A stretch of DNA of 64,000 bases from Isurus oxyrinchus. Lineage: Eukaryota. Below are positions 52,424 to 64,000 of the stretch, one piece after another. Position numbers and translations under genes: made by a program. The number at the start of each line of letters is the position of its first letter. The first letter of the stretch is position 1. The notes below the pieces were generated by a model that did not search any database, was not told where the DNA came from, and was given only the letters and a program-made list of their open reading frames with translations. The stretch spans positions 10,044,001 to 10,108,000 of the forward strand of contig JANJGN010000023.1 in assembly GCA_026770705.1 (NCBI GenBank). The letters run 5' to 3'.

Positions 52424-52585
52424 TCATGGAACTCTATTCCTAACAGCACAGGGGCTCTACCTCACCACGCGGATTGCAGTGGTTCAAGAAGGCTGCTCAC
52501 CAGCACCTTCTGAAAGGCAACTAGGGATGGGCAATAAATGCCGACCCAACCCGCGTAGCCCAAATCCGATAGACGAATAAAAAAA
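52424..52585 (+). mobile_element. LINE 3' fragment in B monomer
   Basis: Same 162-bp segment. Confidence 0.75.
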
Positions 52586-55500
52586 TGTTCACATGAGTCA
52601 GGAAGCTTCAGGGAAACTCCCTCACACTGTCTGCTTCTAAATGTCATCAGAGATTACTGATGAACTAGCAACCTTGTACAGAACTGCTTGCTTCACATCC
52701 TGCCTCTTTCACTGCTTCGTGCCAAACTGCATTTCAGAATGAAGCCACATCCTCTTGTATTCCGGCGGGCTCTTTATTCTGTTGTGATTTCTTGGTCTGA
52801 CTAAATAAGTTCAAAACTTTAGACAGCGCCATGGAGACCAAACGCACCCAAGCAAAATACACCGGATGCTGGAAATCTGAATAAAAGCCGTAAAAGAAGG
52901 AAATTCGCAGCATCTATGAAGACAAAAACATGGATTCATTCAAGTCAACGAACTTTCATTCTGTTTATCGGCGGAGTATCCGCCCCGAGCCGCCGAACAA
53001 CGCAGCAATGTTCCGTGAGGATATGAGTCAGTGACATTCAGCAGTTCCTCACACACCAACATATTTAATCTGACGAGCGACTTCATCCTCCACTGAGCTG
53101 GCGCCCCTCCTTGTGTTTGTGGTGAGAGCAGGAACTGCAGCTGTAGAGTAGAGCGGGATCAGCAATGCTGCCGGATCTGAGCGGAAACCTGCCCTGGTTT
53201 GTAAACCTCTTGTGGACCATTGTGAGAAAGAAGGGAGATGGAAAGGCGGTTTCCTCTAATCCAGCTCTTGTGATCGATGGAGGCAAAAATAGCAGCGTTA
53301 ACATTAACATTCAGCAAGTTATCATTAAAATCCCTACAATGAAATATGTTTTGATAACCCAAATTATAACCATAAAGTCATCAAAATCTGCTGATCAACC
53401 GGCAAACTCGTACAGAAGCGCCTGCTTCACAGCCTGACTCTTTCACTGACTCGTACCAAGCTGCATTTCAGAATGAAGCCACATCCTCTTGTATCCCGGC
53501 TGGCTGATTATTCTGTTGTATTTTATGGGTCAGTTTCCTGGGTGTCAGTTCTCTGTACTTCTGGGTGGTGATTTCCAGCCCTGCAACATGACTCAACTTA
53601 GCTACAGCAGCGGTTCCAGGTCCCAGCACGAACACAACCACAGAAGCAGCACAGGAGAAGTGGGAGACTCTCCTTTAATCCATTTGATATGTTTCTGTGT
53701 GAGGAGCTGCTGAGTGTCGCTGACTCATATCCTCACTGAACATTGCAGCATTACTCGGCAGCTCGGCGCAGCTGAATTTACAGCCCCGGCCACGAACCGA
53801 GCCCAGAGAGAGTGAAATATGTTTTGTGTGTTTCAGGCAATGACTCCTGGCCAGTCAGCAGCAGAGAGGCGGAGGTCGGTTCAGTGGGAAAAACGCTGCT
53901 TGGAGTTCTTACCGAAGCTTTGGTTGAGGAAAATTCCTCGTTTTATTTAACCTCAGTACTGAACTCCTCTTCTGAGCTGTTTCTGTTCATGCGGGGCGAT
54001 TTTCATTTTGAAATCGGCTGGTTCAATCGCATCAAATCTTCATCTCGTCATCTTTTAAGCGGTGGCAGCGGCTGGAGAAAAAAAAAGACACAAATTTCAC
54101 TCATTGCCTGTTCCTCTGAGACCCCCGTCTTCACCGAAACTGAGAAATGTATTTTTTAGACGTCCGTCGGGAAAATGTGTTGTCCAAATCAAAAAGGACA
54201 CCATAATTTCTAAATTTTAGACATTGCCATGGAGACGAGACGATCCCAAGAAAAATACACCGGATGTTGGAAATCTGAAATAAAACAGAAAATACGCAGC
54301 ATCTATGAAAACTAAATGTTAGAATCTATCAGGTCAATGATCTTTTATTCTGTTCTTCTGCGCAATATCGGCCCCGAGACGCCGAACAATGCTGCAATGT
54401 TCAGTGTGGATATGAGTCAGTGACATTCAGCATTTCCTCACACACCGACATATTTAAACTGAGGAGAGACTTCATCCTCCACTGAGCTGGCGCCCCTCCT
54501 TGTGTTTGTGGTGAGAGCTGGAACTGCAGCTGTAGAGCAGAGCGGGATCAGCAATGCTGCCGGATCCTAGCGGATACCTGTCCTGGTTTGTAAACCTCTT
54601 GTGGACCATTGTGAGAAAGAAGGGAGATGGAAAGGCGGTTTCCTCCAGTCCAGCTCTTGTGATCGATGGAGGCAGAAATAGCAGCGTTAACATTAACATT
54701 CAGCAAGTTATCATTAAAATCCCAACAATGAAATATGTTTTGATAACCCAAATTATAACCATAAAGTCATCAAAATCTGCTGATCAACCGGCAAACTCGT
54801 ACAGAAGCGCCTGCTTCACAGCCTGACTCTTTCACTGACTCGTGCCAAGCTGCATTTCAGAATGAAGCCACAACCTCTTGTATCCCGCCTGGCTGATTAT
54901 TCTGTTGTATTTTATGGGTCAGTTTCCTGGGTGTCAGTTCTCTGTACTTCTGGGTGGTGATTTCCAGCCCTGCAACATGACTCAACTTCGCTACAGCAGC
55001 GGTTCCAGGTCCCAGCACGAACACAACCACAGAAGCAGCGCAGGAGAAGTGGGAGACTCTCCTTTAATCCATTTGATATGTTGCTGTGTGAGGAGCTGCT
55101 GAGTGTCGCTGACTCATATCCTCACTGAACATTGCAGCATTACTCGGCAGCTGGGCGCTGCTGAATTTACAGCCCCGGCCACGAACCGAGCCCAGAGAGA
55201 GTGAAATATGTTTTGTGTGTTTCAGGCAATGACTCCTGGCCAGTCAGCAGCAGAGAGGCGGAGGTTGGTTCAGTGGGAAAAACGCTGCTTGAAACTTTGG
55301 TTGAGGAAAATTCCTCTTTTATTTAACCTCAGTACTGAACTCCTCCTCAGAGCTGTTTCTGTTCATGCGGCGCGATTTTCATTTTGAAATCGGTTCGTTC
55401 AATTGCATCAAATCTTCATCTCGTCACCTTTTAAGCGATGGCAGCGGCTGGAGAAAAAAAAAGACACAAATATCACTCATTGCCTGTTCCTCTGGGACCC

Positions 55501-56584
55501 CCGTCTTCACCAAAACTGAGAAATGTATTTTTTAGACGTCCGTCGGGAAAATGTGTTGTCCAAATCAAAAAGGACACCATAATTACTAAATTTTAGACAT
55601 TGCCATGGAGTCCAGACGCGCCCAAGAAAAATACACCGGATGCTGGAAATCTGAAATAAAACAGAAAATACGCAGCATCTATGAGAACTAAATGTTCGAA
55701 TCTCTCAGGTCAATGATCTTTTATTCTGTTCATCGGCGGAATATCTGCCCCGAGCCGCCGAACAACGCTGCAATGTTCAGTGTGGATATGAGTCAGTGAC
55801 ATTCAGCATTTCGTCACACACCAACATATTTAAACCGAGGAGAGACTTCATCCTCTACTGAGCTGGCGACGCTGCTTGTGTTTGTGGTGAGAGCTGGAAC
55901 TGCAGCTGTAGAGCAGAGCGGGATCGGCAATGCTGCCGGATCTAAGCGGATACCTGTCCTGGTTTGTAAACCTCTTGTGGACCATTGTGAGAAAGAAGGG
56001 AGATGGAAAGGCGGTTTCCTCCAGTCCAGCTCTTGTGATCGGTGGAGGCAGAAATAGTAGCGTTAACATTAACATTCAGACTGTTATCATTAATATCGAT
56101 ACAATTCAATAATGTGGTCAATATCCCAAATTATAACCAGATTCCAGGGTGATTGTTTGTGCAGTCGGCGGATATGATCAATCGTTTTATTTCAATTCAC
56201 CGTTTTACAAATGCCGAGAAGTTCAAAAGTGCAAAACGAAACATTGCGGGAAGCTTCAATATTAAAATGTTTTAATTTGATCACATTGTTCAACATGGAA
56301 TATAATGTAATCTTTTTGTGCTTTGAAGAAAAATAAACGATTGTGAACCACCCCAAATGCACATTAGAGTTACTCTTTTGCTTTCTTCACCTTTAATATG
56401 TTGCTGTATGAGGAGCTGCCGTGAGACACGGGTTAATATCCACAGTGAACATTGCAGCATTGCTGGGAGCTGCTGAACTTACACCCGTGACCATGAACCG
56501 AGCGCCGACAGAGAGTTCTGTGTGTTTCAGGCAATGACTCCTGGCTGCCGGATGTAAGTAGCGCCGAGCAGCCGAGCGATGCTG

Positions 56585-56746
56585 TCATGGAACTCTATTC
56601 CTAACAGCACAGGGGCTCTACCTCACCACGCGGATTGCAGTGGTTCAAGAATGCTGCTCACCAGCACCTTCTGAAAGGCAACTAGGGATGGGCAATAAAT
56701 GCCGGCCCAACCCGCGTGGCCCAAATCCGATAGACGAATAAAATAA
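56585..56746 (+). mobile_element. LINE 3' fragment in B monomer
   Basis: Same 162-bp segment. Confidence 0.75.
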
Positions 56747-59700
56747 TGTTCACATGAGTCAGGAAGCTTCAGGGAAACTCCCACACACTGTCTGCTTCTA
56801 AATGTCATCAGAGATTACTGATGAACTAGCAACCTTGTACAGAACTGCTTGCTTCACATCCTGCCTCTTTCACTGCTTCGTGCCAAACTGCATTTCAGAA
56901 TGAAGCCACATCCTCTTGTATTCCGGAGGGATGTTTATTCTGTTGTGATTTCTTGGTCTGACTAAATAAGTTCAAAACTTTAGACAGCGCCATGAAGACC
57001 AAACGCACCCAAGCAAAATACACCGGATGCTGGAAATCTGAACAAAAGCCGTAAAAGAAGGAAATTCGCAGCATCTATGAAGACAAAAACATGGATTCAT
57101 TCAAGTCAACGAACTTTCATTCTGTTTATCGGCGGAGTATCCGCCCCGAGCCGCCGAACAATGCTGCAATGTTCCGTGAGGATATGAGTCAGTGACATTC
57201 AGCAGTTCCTCACACACCAACATATTTAATCTGAGGAGCGACTTCATCCTCCACTGAGCTGGCGCCCCTCCTTGTGTTTGTGGTGAGAGCAGGAACTGCA
57301 GCTGTAGAGCGGAGCGGGATCAGCAATGCTGCCGGATCTGAGCGGAAACCTGCCCTGGTTTGTAAACCTCTTGTGGACCATTGTGAGAAAGAAGGGAGAT
57401 GGAAAGGCGGTTTCCTCTAATCCAGCTCTTGTGATCGATGGAGGCAGAAATAGCAGCGTTAACATTAACATTCAGCAAGTTATCATTAAAATCCCTACAA
57501 TGAAATATGTTTTGATAATCCAAATTATAACCATAAAGTCATCAAAATCTGCTGATCAACCGGCAAACTCGTACAGAAGCGCCTGCTTCACAGCCTGACT
57601 CTTTTACTGACTAGTGCCAAGCTGCATTTCAGAATGAAGCCACATCCTCTTGTATCCCGGCTGGCTGATTATTCTGTTGTATTTTATGAGTCAGTTTCCT
57701 GGGTGTCAGTTCTCTGTCCTTCTGGGTGGTGATTTCCAGCCCTGCAACATGACTCAACTTAGCTACAGCAGCGGTTCCAGCTCCCAGCACGATCACAACC
57801 ACAGCAGCAGCGCAGGAGAAGTGGGAGACTCTCCTTTAATCCATTTGATATGTTTCTGTGTGAGGAGCTGCTGAGTGTCGCTGACTCATATCCTCACTGA
57901 ACATTGCAGCATTACTCGGCGGCTCGGCGCTGCTGAATTTACAGCCCCGGCCACGAACCGAGCCCAGAGAGAGTGAAATATGTTTTGTGTGTTTCAGGCA
58001 ATGACTCCTGGCCAGTCAGCAGCAGAGAGGCGGAGGTCGGTTCAGTGGGAAAAACGCTGCTTGGAGTTCTTACCGAAACTTTAGTAGAGGCAAATTCCTC
58101 GTTTTATTTAACCTCAGTACTGAACTCCTCCTCAGAGCTGTTTCTGTTCATGCGGCGCGATTTTCATTTTGAAATCGACTGGTTCAATCGCATCAAATCT
58201 TCATCTCGTCACCTTTTTAAGCGGTGGCAGCGGCTGGAGAAAAAAAAAGACACAAATTTCACTCATTGCCTGTTCCTCTGTGACCCCGTCTTCACCGAAA
58301 CTGAGAAATATATTTTTTAGACGTCTGTCGGGAAAATGTTTTGTTCAAATCAAAAAGGGACCATAATTTCTAAATTTTAGACATTGCCATGGAGACGAGA
58401 CGCGCCCAAGAAAAATACACCGGATGTTGGAAATCTGAAATAAAGCAGAAAATACTCAGCATCTATGAAAACTAAAAATTAGAATCTATCAAGTCAATGA
58501 TCGTTTATTGTGTTTCTCGGCGCAATATCTGCCTCGAAAGGCCGAACAATGCTGCAATGTTCAGTGTGGATATGAGTCAGTGACATTCAGCAGTTCCTCA
58601 CACACCAACATATTTAATCTGAGGAGAGACTTCATCCTCCACTGAGCTGGCGCCCCTGCTTGTGCTTGTGGTGAGAGCTGGAACTGCAGTTGTAGAGCAG
58701 AGCGGGATCAGGAATGCTGCCGGATCCAAGCGGATACCGGTCCTGGTTTCTAAACCTCTTGTGGACCTTTGTGAGAAAGAAGGGAGATGGAAACGCGGAC
58801 TCCTCCAGTCCAGCTCTTGTGATCGGTGGAGGTAGAAATAGCAGCGTTAACATTCAGAAAGTTATCATTAAAATTCCTACAATTAAATATGTTTTGATAT
58901 TCCAAATTATAACCATAAATTTCATCAAAATCTGCTGATCAACCCGCAAACTCATACAGAACTGCCTGCTTCACATCCTGCCTCTTTCACTGACTCGTGC
59001 CAAGCTGCATTTCAGAATGAAGCCACATCCTCTTGTATCCCGGCTAGCTGATTATTCTGTTGTATTTTATGGGTCTGTTTCCTGGGTGTCAGTTCTCTGT
59101 ACATCTGGGTGATGATTTCCAGCCCTGCAACATGACTCAACTTAGCTACAGCAGCGGTTCCAGGTCCCAGCACGAACACAACCACAGCAGCAGCACAGGA
59201 GAAGTGAGAGAATCTCCTTTAATCCATTTGATGGGTTTCTGTGTGAGGAGCTGCTGAGTGTCGCTGACTCATATCCTCACTGAACATTGCAGCATTACTC
59301 GGCAGCTCGGCGCTGCTGAATTTACAGCCCCGGCCACGAACTGAGCCCAGAGAGAGTGAAATATGTTTTGTGTGTTTCAGGCAATGACTCCTGGCCAGTC
59401 AGCAGCAGAGAGGCGGAGGTCGGTTCAGTGGGAAAAACGCTGCTTGGAGTTCTTACCGAAACTTTGGTTGAGGCAAATTCCTCGTTTTATTTAACCTCAG
59501 TACTGAACTCCTCCTCAGAGCTGTTTCTGTTCATGCGGCGCGATTTTCATTTTGAAAACGACTGGTTCAATCGCATCAAATCTTCATCTCGTCACCTTTT
59601 AAGCGGTGGCAGCGGCTGGAGAAAAAAAACGACAATAATTTCACTCATTGCCTGTTCCTCTGAGACCTCCGTCTTCACCGAAACTGAGAAATGTATTTTT

Positions 59701-60753
59701 TAGACGTCTGTCGGGAAAATGTTTTGTTCAAATCAAAAAGGACACCATAATTTCTAAATTTTAGACATTGCCATGGAGACCAGACGCGCCCAAGAAAAAT
59801 ACACCGGATGCTGGAAATCAGCAATAAAAGCAGAAAATACTCAGCATCTATGAAAACTAAAAATTGGAATCTATCAGGTCAATGATCTTTTATTCTGTTT
59901 ATCGGCGGAATATCTGCCCCGAGCCGCCGAACAATGCTGCAATGTTCAGTGTGGATATGAGTCAGTGACATTAAGCAGTTCCTCACTCACCAACATATTT
60001 AAACTGAGGAGAGACTTCATCCTCCACTGAGCTGGCGCCCCTGCTTGTGCTTGTGGTGAGAGCTGGAACTGCAGCTGTAGAGCAGAGCGGGATCAGGAAT
60101 GCTGCCGGATCCATGCGGATACCTGTCCTGGTTTGTAAACCTCTTGTGGACCATTGTGAGAAAGAAGGGAGATGGAAACGCGGACTCCTCCAGTCCAGCT
60201 CTTGTGATCGGTGGAGGCAGAAATAGCAGCGTTAACATTAACATTTAGACTGTTATCATTAATATCGATACAATTCAATAATGTGGTCAATATCCCAAAT
60301 TATAACCAGATTCCAGGGTGATTGTTTGTGCAGTCGGCCGATATGATCAATCGTTTTATTTCAATTCACCGTTTTACAAATGCCGAGAAGTTCAAAAGTG
60401 CAAAACGAAACATTGCGGGAAGCTACAATGTTAAAATGTTTTAATTTGATCACATTGTTCAACATGGAATATAATGTAATCTTTTTGTGCTTTGAAGAAA
60501 AATAAACGATTGTGAACCACCCCAAATGCACATTAGAGTTTTTCTTTTGCTTTCTTCACCTTTAATGTGTTGCTGTATGAGGAGCTGCCGTGAGACACGG
60601 GCTAATATCCACAGTGAACATTGCAGCATTGCTGGGCGCTGCTGAACTTACACACGTGACCATGAACCGAGCGCCGACAGAGAGTTCTGTGTATTTCAGG
60701 CAATGACTCCTGGCTGCCGGATGTAAGTAGAGCCGAGCAGCCGAGCGATGCTG

Positions 60754-60915
60754 TCATGGAACTCTATTCCTAACAGCACAGGGGCTCTACCTCACCACGC
60801 GGATTGCAGTGGTTCAAGAATGCTGCTCACCAGCACCTTCTGAAAGGCAACTAGGGATGGGCAATAAATGCCGGCCCAACCCGCGTAGCCCAAATCCGAT
60901 AGACGAATAAAAAAA
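60754..60915 (+). mobile_element. LINE 3' fragment in B monomer
   Basis: Same 162-bp segment. Confidence 0.75.
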
Positions 60916-63900
60916 TGTTCACATGAGTCAGGAAGCTTCAGGGAAACTCCCTCACACTGTCTGCTTCTAAATGTCATCAGAGATTACTGATGAACTAGCA
61001 ACCTTGTACAGAACTGCTTGCTTCACATCCTGCCTCTTTCACTGCTTCGTGCCAAACTGCATTTCAGAATGAAGCCACATCCTCTTGTATTCCGGAGGGA
61101 TGTTTATTCTGTTGTGATTTCTTGGTCTGACTAAATAAATTCAAAACTTTAGACAGCGCCATGGAGACCAAACGCACCCAAGCAAAATACACCGGATGCT
61201 GGAAATCTGAATAAAAGCCGTAAAAGAAGGAAATTCGCAGCATCTATGAAGACAAAAACATGGATTCATTCAAGTCAACGAACTTTCATTCTGTTTATCG
61301 GCGGAGTATCCGCCCCGAGCCGCCGAACAATGCTGCAATGTTCCGTGAGGATATGAGTCAGTGACATTCAGCAGTTCCTCACACACCAACAAATTTAATC
61401 TGACGAGCGACTTCATCTTCCACTGAGCTGGCGCCCCTCCTTGTGTTTGTGGTGAGAGCTGGAACTGCAGCTGTAGAGCAGAGCGGGATCAGCAATGCTG
61501 CCGGATCTGAGCGGAAACCTGCCCTGGTTTGTAAACCTCTTGTGGACCATTGTGAGAAAGAAGGGAGATGGAAAGGCGGTTTCCTCTAATCCAGCTCTTG
61601 TGATCGATGGAGGCAGAAATAGCAGCGTTAACATTAACATTCAGGAAGTTATCATTAAAATCCCTACAATGAAATATGTTTTGATAATCCAAATTATAAC
61701 CATAAAGTCATCAAAATCTGCTGATCAACCGGCAAACTCGTACAGAAGCGCCTGCTTCACAGCCTGACTCTTTTACTGACTAGTGCCAAGCTGCGTTTCA
61801 GAATGAAGCCACATCCTCTTGTATCCCGGCTGGCTGATTATTCTGTTGTATTTTATGGGTCAGTTTCCTGGGTGTCAGTTCTCTGTACTTCTGGGTGGTG
61901 ATTTCCAGCCCTGCAACATGACTCAACTTAGCTACAGCAGCGGTTCCAGCTCCCAGCACGAACACAACCACAGAAGCAGCGCAGGAGAAGTGGGAGACTC
62001 TCCTTTAATCCATTTGATATTTTTCTGTGTGAGGAGCGGCTGAGTGTCGCTGACTCATATCCTCACTGAACATTGCAGCATTACTCGGCAGCTGGGCGCT
62101 GCTGAATTTACAGCCCCGGCCACGAACCGAGCCCAGAGAGAGTGAAATATGTTTTGTGTGTTTCAGGCAATGACTCCTGGCCAGTCAGCAGCAGAGAGGC
62201 GGAGGTCGGTTCACTGGGAAAAACGCTGCTTGGAGTTCATACCGAAACTTTAGTAGAGGCAAATTCCTCGTTTTATTTAACCTCAGTACTGAACTCCTCC
62301 TCAGAGCTGTTTCTGTTCATGCGGGGCGATTTTCATTTTGAAAACGACTGGTTCAATCGCATCAAATCTTCATCTCGTCACCTTTTAAGCGGTGGCAGCG
62401 GCTGGAGAAAAAAAAAGACACAAATTTCACTCATTGCCTGTTCCTCTGAGACCTCCGTCTTCACCGAAACTGAGAAATGTATTTTTTAGTCGTCTGTCGG
62501 GAAAATGTTTTGTTCAAATCAAAAAGGACACCATAATTTCTAAATTTTAGACATTGCCATGGAGACCAGACGCGCCCAAGAAAAATACACCGGATGCTGG
62601 AAATCAGCAATAAAAGCAGAAAATACTCAGCATCTATGAAAACTAAAAATTGGAATCTATCAGGTCAATGATCGTTTATTGTGTTTCTCGGCGGAATATC
62701 TGCCTCGAAACGCCGAACAATGCTGCAATGTTCAGTGTGGATATGAGTCAGTGACATTCAGCAGTTCCTGACACACCAACATATTTAAACTGAGGAGAGA
62801 CTTCATCCTCTACTGAGCTGACGACGCTGCTTGTGTTTGTGGTGAGAGCTGGAACTGCAGCTGTAGAGCAGAGCGGGATCAGGAATGCTGCCGGATCCAA
62901 GCGGATACCTGTCCTGGTTTGTAAACCTCTTGTGGACCATTGTGAGAAAGAAGGGAGATGGAAACGCGGACTCCTCCAGTCCAGCTCTTGTGATCGGTGG
63001 AGGCAGAAATAGCAGCGTTAACATTCAGAATGTTATCATTAAAATTCCTACAATTAAATATGTTTTGATAATCCAAATTATAACCATAAATGTCATCAAA
63101 ATCTGCTGATCAACCCGCAAACTCATACAGAACTGCCTGCTTCACATCCTGCCTCTTTCACTGACTCGTGCCAAGCTGCATTTCAGAATGAAGCCACATC
63201 CTCTTGTATCCCGGCTGGCTGATTATTCTGTTGTATTTTATGGGTCAGTTTCCTGGGTGTCAGTTCTCTGTACTTCTGGGTGGTGATTTCCAGCCCTGCA
63301 ACATGACTCAACTTAGCTACAGCAGCGGTTCCAGGTCCCAGCACGAACACAACCACAGCAGCAGCACAGGAGATGTGGGAGACGCTCCTTTAATCCATTT
63401 GATATGTTGCTGTGTGAGGAGCTGCTGAGTGTCGCTGACTCATATCCTCACTGAACATTGCAGCATTACTCGGCGGCTCGGCGCTGCTGAATTTACAGCC
63501 CCGGCCACGAACCGAGCCCAGAGAGAGTGAAATATATTTTGTGTGTTTCAGGCAATGACTCCTGGCCAGTCAGCAGCAGAGAGGCGGAGTCTGTTCAGTG
63601 GGAAAAACGCTGCTTGAATTTCTTACCGAAACTTTGGTTGAGGCAAATTCCTCGTTTTATTTAACCTCAGTACTGAGCACCTCCTCAGAGCTGTTTATGT
63701 TCATGCGGGGCGATTTTCATTTTGAAATCGGCTGGTTCAATCGCATCAAATCTTCATCTCGTCATCTTTTAAGCGGTGGCAGCGGCTGGAGAAAAAAAAA
63801 GACACAAATTTCACTCATTGCCTGTTCCTCTGAGACCTCCGCCTTCACCGAAACTGAGAAATGTATTTTTTAGAGGTCCGTCGGGAAAATGTGTTGTCCA

Positions 63901-64000
63901 AATCACAAAGGACACCATCATTTCTAAATTTTAGACATTGCCATGGTGACCAGACGCGCCCAAGAAAAATACACCGGATGCAGGAAATCTGAAATAAAAC

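Larger units (their letters stand above)
1..64000 (+). repeat. Tandem macrosatellite array, ~46 monomers of ~1.36-1.40 kb (1.56 kb with insert), two monomer types A and B
   Basis: The shared anchor (gacttcatcctc..ctgagctggcg) recurs at 1101, 2479, 3864, 5242, 6638, 8027, 9416, 10775, 12171, 13561, 14946, 16342, 17731, 19125, 20514, 21897, 23293, 24683, ~26241, 27613, ~29171, 30543, ~31940, 33324 ... 61413, 62803. All copies are in the same orientation, with no unique sequence between them. The array runs off both window ends. Confidence 0.99.

Noticed and set aside
1-64000. Tandem 5S rDNA, tRNA, U snRNA or histone gene array, or CRISPR array
   Set aside because: I recognised no such gene sequence on either strand, and there is no short-repeat/unique-spacer structure. 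An Rfam scan would be the decisive test.

Overview
The whole 64 kb window is a eukaryotic tandem macrosatellite of about 46 head-to-tail monomers of ~1.38-1.40 kb. I find no credible protein-coding gene, rRNA, tRNA or CRISPR, and the ORF track only reports the repeat. There are two monomer types, A (32 copies, 4 carrying a 186-bp insert, A*) and B (14 copies, never adjacent). Their order is B AAA B AAA B AA B A B AA B A A* A A* A B A B AA B A A* A A* A B A B A B AA B AA B AA. A and B share modules in a different order but have nearly the same length. Each A monomer carries a ~165-bp inverted repeat (outer 80 bp ~90% identical) around a ~455-bp spacer. Each B monomer carries a partial arm plus an older arm copy split by a 162-bp 3' fragment of a CR1/L2-type LINE. 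Every monomer also has a ~105-bp piece resembling the end of a Penelope-like element, with what may be a decayed hammerhead motif. Nested higher-order duplications of 15,594 bp (11-mer), 2,930 bp and ~2,784 bp are visible. The TE fragments resemble cartilaginous-fish repeats, but this is from recall and unverified.
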